Shown here piece after piece: positions 58,801 through 60,384 of a stretch of 60,384 nucleotides of DNA. Location: contig JAYTSD010000021.1 in assembly GCA_043745805.1 (NCBI GenBank), positions 1-60,384 of the forward strand, given 5' to 3'. Within the stretch, counting starts at the first letter, position 1. The number at the start of each line of letters is the position of its first letter. The DNA comes from Fibrobacteria bacterium. Its GTDB lineage: Bacteria > Fibrobacterota > Fibrobacteria > UBA11236. A program made the position numbers and the translations under genes. The notes beneath the pieces were generated by a model, which worked only from the letters and a program-made list of their open reading frames with translations, was not told where the DNA came from and did no database searches.

Positions 58801-60384
58801 CGCTGATGGAGCCTCTTATGACACGGAAGATTTAGATCGCTCCGGTAATTTGGATTCTCGTAACCGTTATATGCGTTATGCTATGCCATTGGATAGTGCT
58901 TGCTCAGCCAAATTTTATTGCGAGCAATTACAAAATGGCTGGCGCAAATATCTCATTCCACTTTATGGGGGCGGAAAAAAAATTGATCCCACCAATATTG
59001 AAAGTGAAGAAACTGTTTTAAAGAATGTTAAAATTATGCGTTTGTGGATGGGAAAATTGCCCAAGCGCGTCGCCAAGGCGGAACTGTTATTAGCACGCAT
59101 TAATATTGTAGGCAATGCTTGGGAAGAAGGTCGTAGAAATACCAGTTATGAAATCAATGCCGACCGCTTTACCAATGGTGATTTACCCGATAGTGCAGCC
59201 CTTTATGTCCCCACAGCTACGCCTGATAGCAATGCTTTAAAAGTAGAAGTGATTAATAAACAAGAAGATCGAAATTATATCCCCTCTCCCAATACCATCA
59301 TTGAAAAAGACACTCGCTCCAATGAACCGATTGCCGAAAAGGCCCTTGTATTGAAATACGAAAATCTGCATGAAGGCGAAGTGGTGCATGCCACTCGTTT
59401 ATTAGGCAATGATCCCAAAGACTTAACTTTATATAGCCGTATTCGTATGGAAATTCATCCCAATCTTGTTACCGCGGCTAGCGGCCAAGGCAAGGTAACT
59501 TTTGGGTTACGATTAGGAAAGGATTTAGGTAACCGTGAATCCAAAGATTATTATGAAATACGTTTGCCCATGGATGGAGTAGCTGCCCCAGGAAGCGATG
59601 AAAAAGTATGGCTAAAAAATTCTTTCAATGTAAGCCTCGATCAGCTTACTAATTTAAAAAATGAGGCGGCGTATCGCGCCTATACCGGCAGGGAAGTTTC
59701 TCATCATGCTTATCATGAAGGACGTGGCGATACCTCTATCACCCTTTCGGTGGTAGGTAACCCTACTTTATCGCGCATCGACTGGATGCGTTTAGTTGTT
59801 TATGTTGACTCCGGCGTAAGCAAACAAAGTGGTGAAATATGGGTGGATGATTTACGCCTCGAAGGCGTAGACAAATCGATTGGAAGTAGTATGCGTACTA
59901 GTTTGCAATTAGACTTTGCGGATTTTATAAATTTATCGGGCAATCTAGTTTATCGGAATGGAGGTTTTACCACCATGAGTGAAACCAAAGCCACGCCAGC
60001 CAATTCAGCTTCTAAGGTGGATTACAATGGTACCGCTAGTTTATATGCCAATAAATTTTTTCCGGATGTATGGGGTTTGAATATACCGCTTTCCATACAA
60101 TATTCGGGTAGCATTAATCGACCTTTTACTAAACCCACTTCCGATTTGAATTTGCATGGCACTGACTTACAAGACTTTGTAAATGATTTATGGCATGATA
60201 ATCTGCGGACCCGAAACACTCTTGCGGATAGCCTTGCGGATATTGAAAATCAACGTTCCCGGTATTATCAAACTACTCAATTCGATAAACGATTTACCAC
60301 CAGTTATAAAAAGGATCATCGCTCCGGCAATTTTTGGATACAGTCTTTTTTAGAAAGGCCCGATCTCAGTTATACCTATTCTAC
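55814..60384 (+). CDS. sprA: T9SS outer-membrane translocon SprA/Sov, 3'-truncated (about 1520 codons visible; not in ORF track)
   Basis: Read by hand in frame 2: MGKSFRF signal peptide, YKGEGAELEDEIIQEIEAGNTSL, GIFGLK...RFG, IASQE, LLGTRFEY, DNFE, SWGGVMR, EDLDRSGNLD, GEIWVDDLRL. Frame still open at the last bases; spot-checked, not fully translated. Confidence 0.9.
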   Translation, partial: MGKSFRFRFKLWLWPLLLCVGAAFGVYQERTDYLPVPEQTHPLDNLLPQKGIGSSGGYLKINSEFLKRQHNVNFDKRSVEIVSYLKVGEAGTESSKKDSITLSQAYYQELNSYSMDMNDLALRRLWLNQFVGKEDAGQATTGGLFDLTLPVTVPDWMRRIGVEAPRLRINGSYKLVVEGKSITGNGSPINSGWFPSLHMDQQPAISVKGSIGRLINVEINSEEGFGTNLKDQLKISYKGEGAELEDEIIQEIEAGNTSLTLTGTSLTGYTETHKGIFGLKMRMRFGGLEVTTIASQEGGSQERQTLGTGTEARTFTIEDKAIDLHKHFFLKLSDRKDYADQIEGVGTPKYISAGQGRREVEVFQLLTSNEDVKDSHDSATAYLYDSSGNQTGITEYGRWKSLKVNDEFVYDEALRMLSIFQGQRSTSYAVRWTNDFLMAAGKGRDKKSLILIHSRNGAGDANLEKLLWMNVYNIGKVAKQDRDNFQLEVRDNDSRESNPGDTINFTRTLGLQKVESNKLDFENEQVFNFDQGLLILPCKSKVAKDGDLGNCFTPMRRVNKDTKIYTESIDDISNLNSTHKFLITGKQRKSSFDVRENSQSVNGSQCLDITPGTEKLTINGSTVLTKDADYEVLYETGQITLISPRAKDPNAKIDISYECTPPFQIQDKVLLGTRFEYKLDNISEESILGATVLYKSQNTTSTQPELGREPFNQLLWGFNARLSGSPAWMTKLVNKIPFIATEAKSKANFEFEIAQSRYNPNTKGTAFLDNFESSQNSSGSMPLNYYTWFQSSPPGNTSEDALIFDDSLDYRHRGRFIWHSNLKEQYSRIYGSTGNTLTNSREQTLLKLSLLANDNLQGHSWGGVMRGFSPSSYNQSRKRSLEVVVNGREGNLYVDMGQISEDLSINGEAPNGHMDSELKPGEIKNTRDAGLDNVTDAEGEVAKNWQCLPNCFYSLKDNSNTGGDAAQDNFDANKVVTGESDPATAEMDGTEGNNKAADGASYDTEDLDRSGNLDSRNRYMRYAMPLDSACSAKFYCEQLQNGWRKYLIPLYGGGKKIDPTNIESEETVLKNVKIMRLWMGKLPKRVAKAELLLARINIVGNAWEEGRRNTSYEINADRFTNGDLPDSAALYVPTATPDSNALKVEVINKQEDRNYIPSPNTIIEKDTRSNEPIAEKALVLKYENLHEGEVVHATRLLGNDPKDLTLYSRIRMEIHPNLVTAASGQGKVTFGLRLGKDLGNRESKDYYEIRLPMDGVAAPGSDEKVWLKNSFNVSLDQLTNLKNEAAYRAYTGREVSHHAYHEGRGDTSITLSVVGNPTLSRIDWMRLVVYVDSGVSKQSGEIWVDDLRLEGVDKSIGSSMRTSLQLDFADFINLSGNLVYRNGGFTTMSETKATPANSASKVDYNGTASLYANKFFPDVWGLNIPLSIQYSGSINRPFTKPTSDLNLHGTDLQDFVNDLWHDNLRTRNTLADSLADIENQRSRYYQTTQFDKRFTTSYKKDHRSGNFWIQSFLERPDLSYTYS

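Noticed and set aside
56675-60219. Short ORFs implying a 4.6-kb gene-poor region
   Set aside because: The region is the sprA reading frame, missed because it has no stop inside the window.
1-60384. CRISPR arrays, tRNA/rRNA, transposases, integrases, prophage, recoded stop codons
   Set aside because: None recognised by eye; tRNAscan-SE, Infernal and a CRISPR finder would be needed to exclude them formally.

Overview
AT-rich, gene-dense chromosomal window from a diderm (LPS-type) bacterium of the FCB group. Fibrobacterota is the most likely phylum; this is inferred from SprA plus flagellar genes, a short Bacteroidota-style sigma factor and FCB-type C-terminal sorting tails, not from a search. 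From left to right: (i) a degenerate REP-like palindrome cluster and a secreted protein with a probable mature N-terminal His and a T9SS-type tail; (ii) a converging, translationally coupled cassette of triheme cytochrome c lipoprotein, DUF4266-like, DUF3570-like and TlpA genes, ending a long minus-strand run (lepB, Ig-like lipoprotein, Ser/Thr kinase, exonuclease-DinG, LptE, dapF); (iii) peptidases (M23, M20, S41), a class I fumarase coupled to a degenerate CheB domain, rpiA, an S1/P1 nuclease and a cohesin-dockerin T9SS cargo; (iv) a ~22 kb surface-glycan region (GT4s, GT2, gmhA, MBOAT plus SGNH partner, methyltransferases, flippase, YfhO, GNAT, deacetylase) interleaved with secreted beta-propeller proteins; (v) an M32 carboxypeptidase, a short sigma70-family factor, a sigma28-preceded fliD-fliS-fliT-like operon, rsmA and the 5' part of sprA, which is missing from the ORF track because it runs off the end. 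No tRNA, rRNA, CRISPR array or intact transposase was seen. The best candidate for an undescribed system is 385-3824: an outer-membrane heme/flavin/thiol redox module without apbE, next to a putative His-brace copper protein. All family calls come from motif recognition by eye.
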